Shown one piece after another: positions 24,061 to 37,544 of a stretch of DNA of 64,000 nucleotides. The stretch lies in the NCBI GenBank assembly GCA_951406725.2, contig OX597831.1, positions 10,354,001-10,418,000 on the forward strand. Reading direction: 5' to 3'. Position 1 is the stretch's first letter; each line of letters opens with the position of its first letter. This DNA is from Octopus vulgaris (taxonomy: Eukaryota). The translations under genes were made by a program, and so were the position numbers. Below the pieces are notes generated by a model. That model did no database searches, was not told the DNA's origin, and saw only the letters and a program-made list of their open reading frames with translations.

Positions 24061-25595
24061 TAATCAGAATGATTCCAGTTTGAGCAAATGCTAAAGTCCT
24101 AGAGTAATAAATGTAGTTTGAAAGTAATTGAGATTTGTAGTTTGTTTGTTCCTTGTCATTAGTTACCTATCCAGCGTTATAATTTGAAATATTTTGCTGG
24201 GTCTGGGCTATATTCCAATCATAATGCTTTAAAAGTATCAATTTTTCTTTAACCTAAAATGTATCGAACAAATATGTCATAATTTTTGCAAACCATTAAA
24301 TAACATTCCGTTGTAAAAATTCCAAATAATATCTTCATTACATTTTATAAAATAATGGATATTACTTAATACTTTTACGTTGAAAACAGAGATTTTACAC
24401 TAATTCCACACATTAGGGAATATATTATATATGTATATTTCATCTTGCATAAAGTTCGTTTCCAAAGTATTCTACAGAATTTTATATCAATTGGAATTGC
24501 ATCCCTCTCATCTAATTAAGCCCTTTGCAACATGTTTTGTTGTCTTTATTTTGAGGACAAATAAACATAATTATTATCAAAATCATCCATTTCATTTTTG
24601 ATATCATTATATTAAGTGCACTTCTCCAATGTTCGTTAACGGAATAGTTTTCCCGTGTCGATTAATTATAGTTTTTCTCATTAAATTTGCAATAAAAACC
24701 GATCCGTCATTTTGAAATTAGTATATTTCAGCTACTAATAAGATATGAAAGTAAGGACGCATTCAAATGCCTGGTATTTGATATACATACATACACAAAC
24801 ACAGATATGTGCGTGTGGCCGCAGAGATAGATACATATTATAAATAAATAAACGTATATATACACACACAAATATACATGTATACGTCTATACGTGTGTG
24901 TGTATGTGTATGCGGGTATGTGTGTATGTATGTATATGTTAAGTATACTTGTGTGCATATTGCGCATATGTCACAAGTGTTTGTGTGCTGCAACTTCCAC
25001 TACTGGTATACCCTCTACGGCTGCTCCTTCCATTGAAGAACAAGGGAAACCCACTCCCATTAAAGCTAAAATTTCTACATTTCTGCCCGACTGACTGAAT
25101 TCTTATTTATTTTGCAACTACTGCCCTGTTTGTGGCGTTGGTACAGGATCTACTCTGGACACTACTACCATTACTAGGACTAATAGTTCTACTATTTCCA
25201 TAATACGAATCAGTCCATCATACCAACCATGTTGTTAAGACGACCATCGCTTCAAAGACTCAAGGTATTACAATTAATAGTCACCAGCTTCTAGAACGAG
25301 ACCAATAGTCACAATCAATTGGCTTTTTCCAGAATTCTTGCAAATGTATAAAATACTAAAAAAGATCGATTTAATTTATATCATTTCATTCTCTTTTCTG
25401 TCTGCATGACTAGATTTTTGTAAAGAAGTGAAACCGAGTGCATGTTTAGGTAACAATGTAATTGTTCTCCTTTTTTTACTCCTCATCAATTTCTCAAGTT
25501 AAATGTTTATGTAAATATACTCGTATGTAAACACTTAAATCTTTTCATATATATATATATATATCACGTGATCACGTGACCGACCAGACCATCAG

Positions 25596-25779
25596 AAGAA
25601 AGAGTGGGAGAAAGAGTGGTGAAAGAGTACAGCAGGGATCACCACCCCCTGCCGGAGCCTCGTGGAGCTTTTAGGTGTTTTCGCTCAATAAACACACACA
25701 ACGCCCGGTCTGGGAATCGAAACCGCGATCCTCCGACCGCGAGTCCGCTGCCCTAACCACTGGGCCATTGCGCCTCCAC
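25596..25779 (-). mobile_element. tRNA-derived SINE family C, intact head
   Basis: Minus strand reads ggcgcaatggcccagtggttagggcagcggactcgcggtcggaggatcgcggtttcgattcccagacc, with A and B boxes. Confidence 0.85.
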
Positions 25780-25782
25780 ACA

Positions 25783-25821
<39 letters not shown>

Positions 25822-26043
25822 TTATATATATATATATGTACATATATGAGGAGCAACTTAGAGGTATTTAAACTAAACCCCCAAAAGGTTAGATGTATCC
25901 AAATGCACTCCTGGTAATTACCTCAGTAAGTATGGTCCTTCGTATAAGTTATAACGCAGCAGGTAATTTAAAAGGTAAACCGTATTTCTTATATATATAA
26001 ATATCTATCTATCTATCTATCTGTATATCTGTCTATCTATCTA

Positions 26044-26153
<110 letters not shown>

Positions 26154-26155
26154 CA

Positions 26156-26207
<52 letters not shown>

Positions 26208-26390
26208 GAAAAAAGCAACAAGAATGGATCAATATATCGATATATTGATCCATCTTGTTGCTTTTTTCCTATTTGTAATCACCCCACTTTGTCGTATGGT
26301 TAACACTATATAGATTTCCGGTGCATCCAAGTTAAGTACCCTATTCATGTGAATTCATTAGAACTCACTTGAATCTCAATTGCTTAAACC

Positions 26391-26426
<36 letters not shown>

Positions 26427-26429
<3 letters not shown>

Positions 26430-26562
26430 GGTCCCGGGTTGAGTCGGGGTTAACCACAGTAAATAAGGTACTCAATACATAGCAGAGTAAATTAATTCAT
26501 TATATAGAAGGAGCTTCTACAGGACTAGAACTATTTCATTCAAAAGAAATCATCAGGAAGCC
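26427..26562 (-). mobile_element. TA-embedded Penelope-like fragment with canonical hammerhead core
   Basis: Minus strand CTGATGA (26556-26550), then tttc-tttt-gaat, then GAAA (26537-26534); TA runs on both sides; stem I is weak. Confidence 0.5.
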
Positions 26563-27139
26563 ATATATATATGGGAGGGGTGCATGTGAGCATGTGTGTG
26601 TGTCTGACTTAGTGTGTGTATAACAAGACGCATGCGCGTGTAAGTGTTTAGAAATGCATGTGTGTTTGGATCGGCATGTGCATCCGCGTATACACATATA
26701 CATTTGAAGTTGTGTTGTTGCTTCAATATTTTGTGTGCTATCATGCGCATTCACATAGACAATCCACTAAAACCTTCCTAAGAACAAACTTGTTCTATTA
26801 TTTATTATATTTAATACAGTTTGTTTGAGGAAAGTATAACTGTTATTAATGATTGTTATTGATGCAAATATAGTATTATACGTTATTAATATGTCAGTTT
26901 ATCATGTTGCATAATTCATTGTTAATTTTCGAACAAGATATTAGTTTGTGCCACACGTTAAGCCTTTCAGTTACGCAGAAACAAATGCTTTTTAAATAAT
27001 TCACAACATGAACATTCAAAATGTTTTGATATATTGTTTATATAGTGTTTATAATTGTGCAAGCTTTCTTTAAACATGGAGTGAATCGCAGCCGAAATTA
27101 GTATGTCCTCCCTTTCATTGGCCTGTGCGATCACTATGT

Positions 27140-27309
27140 TACTAATATATGCACATTTGTTTTCTGTCCTTGTTTTTTCTGTGTCCCTTTCTGTAGAAGA
27201 GCGTAGGCTCGAAACGTAAAAGACTTTTTCTCTTCCAGAGCGTTATACTAATACATCTGTTTGTTTTGTACACAACCTGCCTTCGTCTTTTGTTTTTTTC
27301 GTAAACTCT

Positions 27310-27313
<4 letters not shown>
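27140..27313 (+). mobile_element. Penelope-like terminal repeat with minimal hammerhead-like motif (copy 1)
   Basis: cttt-CTGTAGA-a-GAGC-gtag-GCTC-GAAA-CG-TA-aaag at 27187-27222; element ends in (TA)n; an inverted homolog lies at 40700-40905. Confidence 0.7.
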
Positions 27314-27371
<58 letters not shown>

Positions 27372-28272
27372 GTGTGTGTGTGTGTGTATGTGTGTGTGCG
27401 TGTGAGTGTGTGTGTGTGAGAGAGTGTGTGAATGTGTGTGTGTGTGTGGATATCTAAGTGAAAGTTTTTGAGGTGCTTTTAAGCTAGCCTAAAGTAAGTT
27501 GTTTAACATAGTTGGTGGACGATCCGACTATAAATGTATCCAAATGATTTCATTTTTGTGCATTAATACATAAGCTAACGCCTTAAACATTTAGCTGTGT
27601 TGTTTCTAAGATAACCCTTCATTTTGTGGGTCGGGGTTTTCTAAGATAATCCTTCAAGCGCATTGCATTGTAATCGGTATCCTTTTGATGTAGTACCGAC
27701 GGCACTTCGTACATTGAGGTAATAGTAGTCGTTGACATGCTATAGAAAGAGTACTTTTTCTGGATGTTATAGGCCACAGTTAAAAACCGTTTGATTAGAG
27801 AACGGTTGGCATTTTGAACCATGGTCGTTAGGGTTGCACAGTCGGAAAGGAAATCAAAAACGTAAACTTGATGTATCTTTTGTACGTGTCGTTCGCCTAG
27901 GCTTTTAAACAAAATGACCAGTGTTCTTTGCACTGAATAACAGTAACATTCTTCCCTTTCCTAGGACTGCCGCATTAAATTGGCTACAAGCCATCACTTT
28001 ATCGGGCTCTTACAGCGTAACTCTCTATGGGCGATTCAGAAATGTAATATTTCTATTTCATTTTATATATCGAAAGATATTCAAAGAATGAAAGCAAATC
28101 AACCTCGGATTGATCGGAAACAAATATCTGGACACTTTCAGTTTTATATATATAGTTGAAAGTTTTATAAAAATAAAACACGAAGGCAGGTAAAGGAACA
28201 ACAAGCAAGTGTACAAGTTTGACGCTGGGGAAAATTGAGAAACTCCTTTACAGGGAAAGAATGGGAAAACAC

Positions 28273-28321
<49 letters not shown>

Positions 28322-31287
28322 ATAAATAAACATTTTAAAAAAATACATATTAAGTACAGGACATCACCAACGAGCGAAAGTTATGAAACACACAATGAGA
28401 GACAATCATGGGACAAAACTCCGAAAGCGTCTGACTCCTCCTCAGTCCTCGGGTGTTTATTACACCCTGTTTCATGCTTTTAATGACACGACAGGAAGAC
28501 TTCATAAGACAGCTGTATCCAGAAAAAAAAAAAAATTGTGGTGAGTTAAGGCTTCGAACGAACAAATGATTCCAGAGTGAACGTGCAGGTAAACGATCAA
28601 AGAAGGTAAACGTTTAGGGCCGTTAGGCAAAGTGAAATTGCAATGGGTAACGCATGGGAGAAATTTTCAAACGTTAAGTTTTTACAAAAAGAACAAAAGC
28701 GCACACTGCTATGGGACTGATATGAAAGCTACTCTTCTATTCGATACTTTGACCAAACTCAATGCAAATAGAAGAAATTGATTTTACGCCACAGAAGCAA
28801 AACAGAAGTCAACCAGTGCCTTCGCAAGTGCGATTCTCATAGCTTTTCCCAGCTTTTTTTTTTCTTAACGCTAATTAAATTGCGCCAGTGACAGAGTACA
28901 GTGCCACAAATAGGATAGAAATAGGATAGATATTAGTTGCCCTTTCAACCGTTTTCCTTTTGTTCCATTGAACTCTGAATTGTATAATAATGTATATTCC
29001 TATATGATTTGAAATAGTTTTCTAACAAACGCTTTATATAAGCAAAACGGGACCTTTGAATATGGAATTGGATCATGGATCGATAGGGAAGATTTATGAA
29101 TAGTGTGTATTTTTGTTTGAAACAATTCTAAAAATTACCAATAATAAAAGAAATTTCGCACATTTGTATAATTTGCTATTTGAAATGTGTAAAGCATTTT
29201 GGAAGCTCAGTGAGTTGTGATTTTGATTTTAGTTCCGTCCTGTGTTCTTCAGTACTTTTGAACAAAAAGGAATACAGCTAATGGGTTTTTTTTTTCTCTT
29301 CATACTAATTCCAATTTATTTTCCTTTAGAAGTAAGATCAGACACGAGAGAAAAGCATTGCACAATTCGATATTTCGTTTGCCATTCTTGGACAATTTAC
29401 AACATCACATCAGTATAGCGAGAGTATAATGCTTTTTTTTTTTAATTTGAAAATGGCATAAATTCGAAGCATTTTCGATTCTGTGATTGATCTTTGGCTT
29501 CATTGTTTGACTATTTCTGATTGAATAAAAACATTCGATTGTATGATTCTTTTTGATGCTTCTATACAAACACTCTTAATTTAAGGCAACGCATATATGA
29601 CACATTTAATGTTTAATTAAGATAGTAAATCAACTTTTAAAGACATTAAATCCATATGAACTCGAACCGGAGATGGCTAATTTTTGCCTGTATTTTACCC
29701 ATTCCATACTTTATCTAGAAGAGATGAATATATAAATTCGGAGAGATAAATATAGTTTCTCTTCATGTATTGCGATCAAGTAAAATGTGAGATCCTTCTT
29801 TTGGTGGTTCTGTAGCCTAAAAGCAAACAATTCATTTAATAGGTTTCACGTAAAGTGGTGATAATTAATTATATATAAGAAGACTTCTACATAGCAAAAG
29901 TCTTTAGAGAGAATGTCTTGTGTGTCTGAGTAATGAATATTTTATGTCTCAGTGAGAGGAAGAACGTATGGACGGCAATAAATGGATGCAAAGATTTGCT
30001 TCTATAAGAATTTGATTCATTCGCCAAATGTTGAAGAACGCAATGTTTTATAAGTGAGTTACTAGATCGAACAAAATGAAGATTGCCGATATACCGGGAA
30101 TTTAAGATATTTCACTGATGGGTTTTATCGATCAAAAGAATGATAGAATGGTTTTCGCATAACGCTTGCCTTAGATGTAGATGATCAAAGTATCCATTGC
30201 TATCCAGATATGCGCTAAGTTCCCTGTAGCCTTCTAGAGATCAGAATGTTACCTTCTATTTGTGATATTAACAATGTTTGTCTGAAATGAAGTTTTATGT
30301 TGCATGAACGAAATAGAATTCGATAATATTAAAGTCTGTTCCAAAATGTGACAGTTAAATGTGATTTAGTTTGCTTGAAATAATATTTGTATTACTGTAT
30401 TGTTAAACCGACATTCGAAAATATGACGAAGAGCATCACAGCTGAAATATAATTAAAGTGAATGGAGGAAGACAGTTTCATCTGCGTAAGAATGGTTTGA
30501 ATTAAAGGCAAATTTGAAATGTTGTATTAAAGTAGTTGGACACACCACTGATAGGAAATGACGCTTTAAAATTGTTCTTCGCTAGAGAATACTTTCTATT
30601 ATCACTTTTAAATCTATAGCGGAGCAAATAAGTACACCATGCTCTCTGCCAATTTATGTTCTGAGTTCATATGCTACTGATGTCGAGTTTGTCTTTCATC
30701 GTTTTGGAGTCGATAACTTTGGTACCAGTTTAGTACTGGGGTCGATGTAATCAAGTTACCCATTCCCCCGAAAATAGTTGTTCTTACGCCGAAATGTGAA
30801 ATTTTTCTTACATTGAGTTCAAATATTCGAAAACTACTTTTCTAAAATCATTTGTTGGCTCCAGCATAACGCGGTTCCCGTTGACATGAAACCAAATAGT
30901 TTTCAGGCTTGACCATCCAGTAATTTTTAGAGGAAGACGGTGTCTGAGACAGCATTATTTGATGTAACTATGCCTTAAGACGTGGTAAAGTGCAATATGA
31001 TGGAAATAAGATTTCTATTTCTGAAATATCAAGAAGTACGTAAATAATTTGATATTGAGAATCACAGATTAAGAATTTTAATTATAACATAAAATTAAAA
31101 GGAATACAATCATAAAATTTCGGTATACGATATCCAAAGGTGGAGGTTTAGTAGAATCGAAACAGCAAAATAATATTTTGACGTATTAGTTTGGTGTTCT
31201 GCGCCAGGAGTTCAAATCTTGGCCAAGTCAGCATTAGCTTTGATAATTTCAACGGTGATAAATAAATAACCAGTCATTTACTGGTTT

Positions 31288-31403
31288 CCTACGTTCAAAC
31301 CTCCTTCTTTCTTTCCTTTCCTGAGCGTCCACTAACTCTATATTTGTCCCACGTCCTCGCGTTGTGGCGTTTTCTCTTTCTGTTTTCATGTTTGGATTAA
31401 CTT
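31288..31403 (+). mobile_element. Short repeat fragment ending in (TA)n, similar in layout to the 27140 element's 3' part
   Basis: Similar architecture to 27215-27313 (pyrimidine run, gagcgt, ta.cac/tactaata, T-rich run, then (TA)n). Confidence 0.4.
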
Positions 31404-31425
31404 TATATATATATATATATATATA

Positions 31426-31800
31426 GGCGCAGGAGTGGTAAGTAGCTTGCTAAACAACCACATGGTACCGGGTTCAGTCCCACTGCGTGGCATCTTGGGC
31501 AAGTGTCTTCTGCTATAGCCCCGGGCCGACCAATGCCTTGTGAGTGGAATTGGTAGGCAGAAACGGAAAGAAGCCTGTCGTTTATATGTATATATATGTG
31601 TATGTGTGTGTATTTGTCCCCCTAGCGTTGCCTGACAACCGATGCTGATGTGTTTACGTCCCCGTCAATTAGCGGTTCGGCAACAGAGACCGATAGAATA
31701 AGTACTGGACTTACAAAGAATAAGTCCCGGGGTCGATTTGCTCGACTAAAGGCGGTGCTCCAGCATCGCCGCAGTCAAATGACTGAAACAAGTAAAAGAG
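31426..31800 (+). mobile_element. SINE family A, full length
   Basis: Colinear with 6879-7315. Confidence 0.9.
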
Positions 31801-31813
31801 TATATATACACAC

Positions 31814-32187
31814 ACAATTGCAGCGTGGAAGGTGTTTATAAGCCCTTTAAGAAACACACAAAAACCGTTAGATTCACTTCAACATGTAAATTTAATTTGT
31901 CGAAATATTTTCGTCGCTTTAAGACCGCGACCTGTTCACTGACAAAAATCCGTGCTGCATCTCGTTCCAGCACACGATCTCAGATCAAGTCACTCGCTGT
32001 GCACGTACATCTCCGTAATATATATATACATATATATATATATATATGTATATATTACGGAGATGTACATGCACAGCGAGTGACTTGATCTGAGATCGTG
32101 TGCTGGAACGAGATGCAGCACGGATTTTTGTCAGTGAACAGGTCGCGGTCTTAAAGCGACGAAAATATTTTGACAAATTAAATCTAC

Positions 32188-32190
<3 letters not shown>
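31814..32190. mobile_element. Rearranged fold-back Penelope-like element with two hammerhead motifs
   Basis: Arms 31883-32018 and 32055-32190 are reverse complements around a (TA)n centre; homologous to 50063-50400. Confidence 0.85.
32127..32177 (+). ncRNA. Minimal type I hammerhead ribozyme motif, G3:C8 core variant
   Basis: Stem I TTTGTCA/TGACAAA; core GTGAACA; extra G; stem II GTCGC-9 nt-GCGAC; GAAA; palindromic ATAT loop; UH = TT. Confidence 0.7.
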
Positions 32191-32224
<34 letters not shown>

Positions 32225-32439
32225 GATAGATAGATAGATATAGATATATATATATAGATATATATATATATATATATATATATACGATGCAGTTTCTGTC
32301 TACCAAATTCACGAACAAATAACTAATTCATGGGGAACTATAGTAAAAGTCTTTGCCAATGGTGCTGCATAAAGGATTGAAAACGAAACTACCTCACCGC
32401 TAAAACTTGCAATTTTTGCACCTATATATAATGGCAATA

Positions 32440-32730
32440 ATATTGATTCTAAAGTTTGGAACGATGCCAGTCATTTCGGAGATAAGGCGATGACATCGAC
32501 CTCACTTTTCAGCAGGTACTTAATTATCGATCTGAAAATGGTGGAATGAAAAGTCGACTTTGTTTGAATTTGAACTCACAACGTAGGGACGGACGACATA
32601 CCGCTTAGCATGCTAGCGAATCTGTCGACTCACCTCCCTTACATAAATAATCCTTTCTACTATAAGCACTAGGCCACCTTTTAACTCAGAACGTAACGGC
32701 TGACGAAAGCTTCTGCCAGCTCGGCGCCTT
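32440..32730 (-). mobile_element. Two degenerate family B SINE fragments
   Basis: aaaagtcgactttgtttgaatttgaactcacaacgta and aactcagaacgtaacggctgacgaa..ttctgccagctc. Confidence 0.65.
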
Positions 32731-33741
32731 CACCCTTACGTAAGTAATAATATTACGTTTATATGTATTCTGAAACTTCATGAGGCACATATTCTATACG
32801 AAGGTTATTCTGAAGAATAAGATCCAGATGTACAATTTTCTCTATAGCAAACCCATGAAATAGTTATTTAATCATAGCAGTCTAGACAGGTGAAATATGT
32901 TTCATTTACTATTTAAATTACAAAATTGACGTACATTCAGACATTGAAACTTTCTTGATAAAATATCGTGTTATTTATTTACAAAGATTTTTCTCTCCAA
33001 AATCCAATTCTAGCGGGATCGGCTTAACTTTTATTCTTTATTTTTTGATTTAATTAAATACGTAGCAATCATGTACTTGAGTTGATTCAATCGATTCTAA
33101 CCTGTCCCTGTGAATCTGAGACAGTGCCAACGCAACAAGAAATCACTGTTTAATCATATCGTTATTTGATACATTTTTATCGTTGTCCGTTATTCATTTG
33201 TGTGTCCTACATATGTTCTCTGTGAAATTCATTTTATTTGTCTCTCCGTTCTGATAGAATCATACGATGCTATTCCCACAACATGAGAAACGTGTACTAT
33301 GCTGCCCGTGGGGAAATCAGTTTTAATAAAAACGAGAGCGTGGCGAGCGCTTGAGAAAGCTGACGGAAATCTGAGAAAGTGACATGATTACTTTTTTTGG
33401 AAAAGCAGCAGTGATTTTGTTTTCTTTTGCGGGTATTTAAAAAAAAATATTTCTTGCAACACATGAAGAAATTCGTGACACACGTCAGAGATTAAGATGT
33501 GGTCAGTCGTCGTTTAATTTATGATTAATTTAGGAATGGTCTTTGAGAGGACATAATCTTACAGGTCCCTATTCATATCTTTCTTACAGTGTATTACAAA
33601 TTACTAGGAAACTATTGTTCATAACGAATACCGTGTGTTGGATGTCCCTGCATGGATACCTTTGCGTTTGTCTGAATTTAGATCTTTTGGAATTTTAATT
33701 TAGAATATCACCGGATTGAACCTGAAGATTATGATAAATAT

Positions 33742-33789
<48 letters not shown>

Positions 33790-33895
33790 ATAATAATAAT
33801 AATAATAATACTGCTACTACTACCACCACCACCACCACCACTACTACTACTACTAATAATAATAATAATGATAATAATACTGCTACTACTACCAA

Positions 33896-33928
<33 letters not shown>

Positions 33929-33965
33929 CACTACTACTACTACTACTACAACAACAACAACAAGG
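33742..33965. repeat. Compound (CTA)(TAA)(CCA)(CAA) microsatellite with a higher-order duplication
   Basis: The block (cta)n(taa)n-tactgctactactacca-(cca)n occurs twice. Confidence 0.9.
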
Positions 33966-36147
33966 ACGACAACTTTAGTTTTGAATCGACACCATTTCAT
34001 TGGCAGAACATCTGTTCTTCAACCCGATATAACAATAATTATTAGTTGCAAGCAACACAGAGCAAATTATTTAAATATTTTAACCAATTGCATCATAGAG
34101 ATGCATCTTAAGACTTTGTCTTTCTTTTACGTACCTAGGATGAATGAATATGTTACAGGCGTTTATTTTTGAAGCTAAACTTTCAAACAAATCTGTACAT
34201 AGAAATCAATAAAAAGAGCTGCAGCTCTCGTTGCTGATAAAAATAGGCTGAACTGGCATATGCTGTACAATATGCAATGAAACATATTACTCTGCATTCT
34301 TCATATTCCAATTTGAAATCTCCCTATCTATGGCTAAATTAGTTGTGATCTACATGCACTGAATCCACCAATATTTGGTGTATGAAACTGAATTCATTTA
34401 TGTTTAAGCAGTCAGGCCATAAACACATTACTGAACCGGTATGCGAACTATGATCCATTTCGTTTGTAATTCAATGCATTTTCGACTCAACCAGGTGAAA
34501 ATATTTCCATCTAAATGTAGAATTAGAGAGGAAGAATATATTTGTTACATTTAAGGAAAAATACATGCTCTTAAGCATTAAAAAAAAATCCTTGTTGAAT
34601 CAACATATCTGGAAAGCAACTCGCCAACTAATGAATTTATATAGAAAAACAATCCAAATATTTATTGCATCAATTTCTCTTTAATGGTAAAACTATAGAA
34701 TTAATCAAAACATTGTCTTTTGTTATGCTTTCTTTTTCTTTTTTCGCTTCTCTAAATTTGAAGTATTGCCATTAAAACTAAAATCATTTAAACTGTTTGT
34801 GTCGCTGCTAAATTGATTGCTTGGAGCTTTTACGTTTCCAAATAAATTTTCGGCACCAAAATCTTCGCGAAGGCACCTTTTAAATAATTACTAACTAATA
34901 ATTAGATGAAGTAAAGAGATGTCTTTCGTAAATTTCTTATAAAAATTCAAAAGAATTACAATGAGGAAAATCTCTTCACAAAATTCTAATTCGGTTAGAG
35001 ATAATGTGCAGTAAATCCGATAAATTTGGGAACATTACGACATAATCTCAGTGAAATATCATTAAAGGAAAGATTTGTAAAGGAAATCTCTAAAACTAAT
35101 GTTATAACTTAATACTATTAATTTTATCACTCTTCTACAATGGAGCCTTGGCGCTCTGGATTCACTTTGACACATTCTCGGCAAATTAACTGTGTCCAAT
35201 GATTGAAATATTTCTTAAATGTTGATGGATCACGTAGAATATAAACATCACTTTTTTGTTGTTTCAAGTTTTAACAATGAAATAAAACAAAATCAATGTG
35301 AGATTGTCAACTTCTTTTTTAATCAAGATAGTGCAAAGTATATTTATTTGAAAAATATTTCCACGATTTTCTTTTGATTTCTCAGAATTGGAATATTGAA
35401 ATTCAAATTTTGAACTTAATTAATTAACGCAAGGTATATTGTGGGGAATTTATATCTTCAGAAACTACGTTGTAGAATCTATATCTCGACCGATTTGTAT
35501 TCTGGGGATCCGAAGGAAAATGAGGATAATTTTCTAAATTTTTCGAAAGAAATAAGAAATTGAAAATTAAATCTGTGCTTCAATATTTAATTTGTTTTAT
35601 TTTTTCACGAACAATAATTTTCAGATTACTTTTATCTGGTGTTACATACAAATCAATAATTTTGCTATGAATTATGGAGCATGGTTATTGCACGTATTAT
35701 ATTTAAACCCAAGAACTTTTACCAACTGACATATTAGTGCTTGATAAACAACGCAAATAATTCGTTTGCTAACACCGCGATATGCCGATATGCCATTCAG
35801 AAAGATAAAAAAACAAAAATTCCAGGTGCAATTTGGCAGAACTGGAAATATAAGCATAAATGTGAATTTAGGCATAAAGTTAACTTTTCTAAGAATTGAG
35901 TTTAATCCTTTTGGTCAATAACTTCCACTAACTTTGACTAGCAGATATTTAATCAACAGCTGAGTGATGAAATGCATATGTGATCTGGTCAGGATTAAAT
36001 TCCGAACGAATGCAGTCGGAATAAATCCCGCGTATAACTCTTTTTTCAAATAGGAAATCTATATTGGTGAATTTTTAATTAGTATCAACTATCTTTTTAA
36101 AAACGAACTGATACCATCATTGGACGTTATGAATGAATAAAACAATT

Positions 36148-36180
<33 letters not shown>

Positions 36181-37544
36181 CAAACTTACTTTTACGCCTT
36201 TCACTCTTCACTCATTTATTTTTATATTCTCAAAATATTTTTGAATGTTGATGGTTTGGCATTCGCAAGGCATTGTCCCTCTAACACTCATAGAACGACC
36301 ACGTGGCACTTTTTGAATATATGGATTCTGTTTTCTAATGCCCACCACCTTAGAATAATCCTAATTTACGGTATTCCTATTAGCAAGGTGGTGATAGTTA
36401 CTTTTAGTGACGAACGTTGAGTATTAGTCTTGACGGGCGTCTTTCTTGGAGTTAGCCCGTAATCGAACCGGGTCCTTCGTTGATTTGTTTCTTTCTACTG
36501 CTCTAGTTACCATTTTATTGTAATTATGAATATAAAACTACCTGGTATCAAAAGTGGTCGTAGAGCGCTTCTTTCTCAGGGCTCGTCATTATGGTCGATA
36601 GTCCGTTGATGTTCGGCCTCTGAGATTAATGTCGATGTAATCAATACTGCAATGTTGGAGTAGCGACTGTTGGTGCCCTAAACACATTGACAAAACAACC
36701 TACTGTTTCTTTTGCGGTCTGCACAGCTTCTTCTTCACTTTATCGTAGCAGAAATCCCTAAACGAATTCTTACTTCAACATATACAGTAACGCGAATGTC
36801 AGTAAGCAGAGGCAACAGCATAAAACCCTTCTTTCAACACAACTAGCTATGGCATACAGTCATTGTAACTCATTGTGATCCACTAGAGTCATCAAGTTGT
36901 GAAACTCATGTGTGTTTATTTCAGGAATAATGTTTTCGTCGGTTCCGGCAAATAATAATATTTTTACGCATTATGGTCTACATCGAGGATTTCACTATTC
37001 GTAATAACATTTGTAAAAAGATATATTGCAATTATGCTCCCAACAATAAAAATATACAATTATTTTCCTTTGATAAAACAACTGTGAATGCTATTGTTTT
37101 CTTCCGAAATGCGCCGTTAGAATTCTTCACATCTATATTATTTCCTCTCCAAATAGCTATTAATTTTCGCTTGAAATATCTGCGTCTATGTATCTGTGAA
37201 TATGTAAATATTTGGTGTATATCAGCATGTGTGTTTGGTTGTGCTAAAACATTTATACTAATTATATTTGATCTCATTTATTTAACGTTCTTTTCCTTTC
37301 ACTTTATTTTTGCTACGGTTTGTGCGCATTCGGTGGTGGCTTTTATATGTATGTATCTTTATACCTGAAATGTTTGTCTAAAGGAATATTTTTCTTTTTC
37401 GGATCTCATTAACTATAACAACCTTATGTTTTAATGCTCTGAACGTGGAAGCAAATACAAAATCTTAAAATTAGTTCAGGGCCACTTCACTTGATGAAAT
37501 TCATACTATGGAAGAGTCACTTGGAAATCAGTCTCAACAAAATA

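Noticed and set aside
25700-25779. tRNA-like sequence on the minus strand (also at 42312-42391 and in SINE A heads)
   Set aside because: No proper acceptor stem, and it continues into a shared SINE body; these are SINE heads, not tRNA genes.
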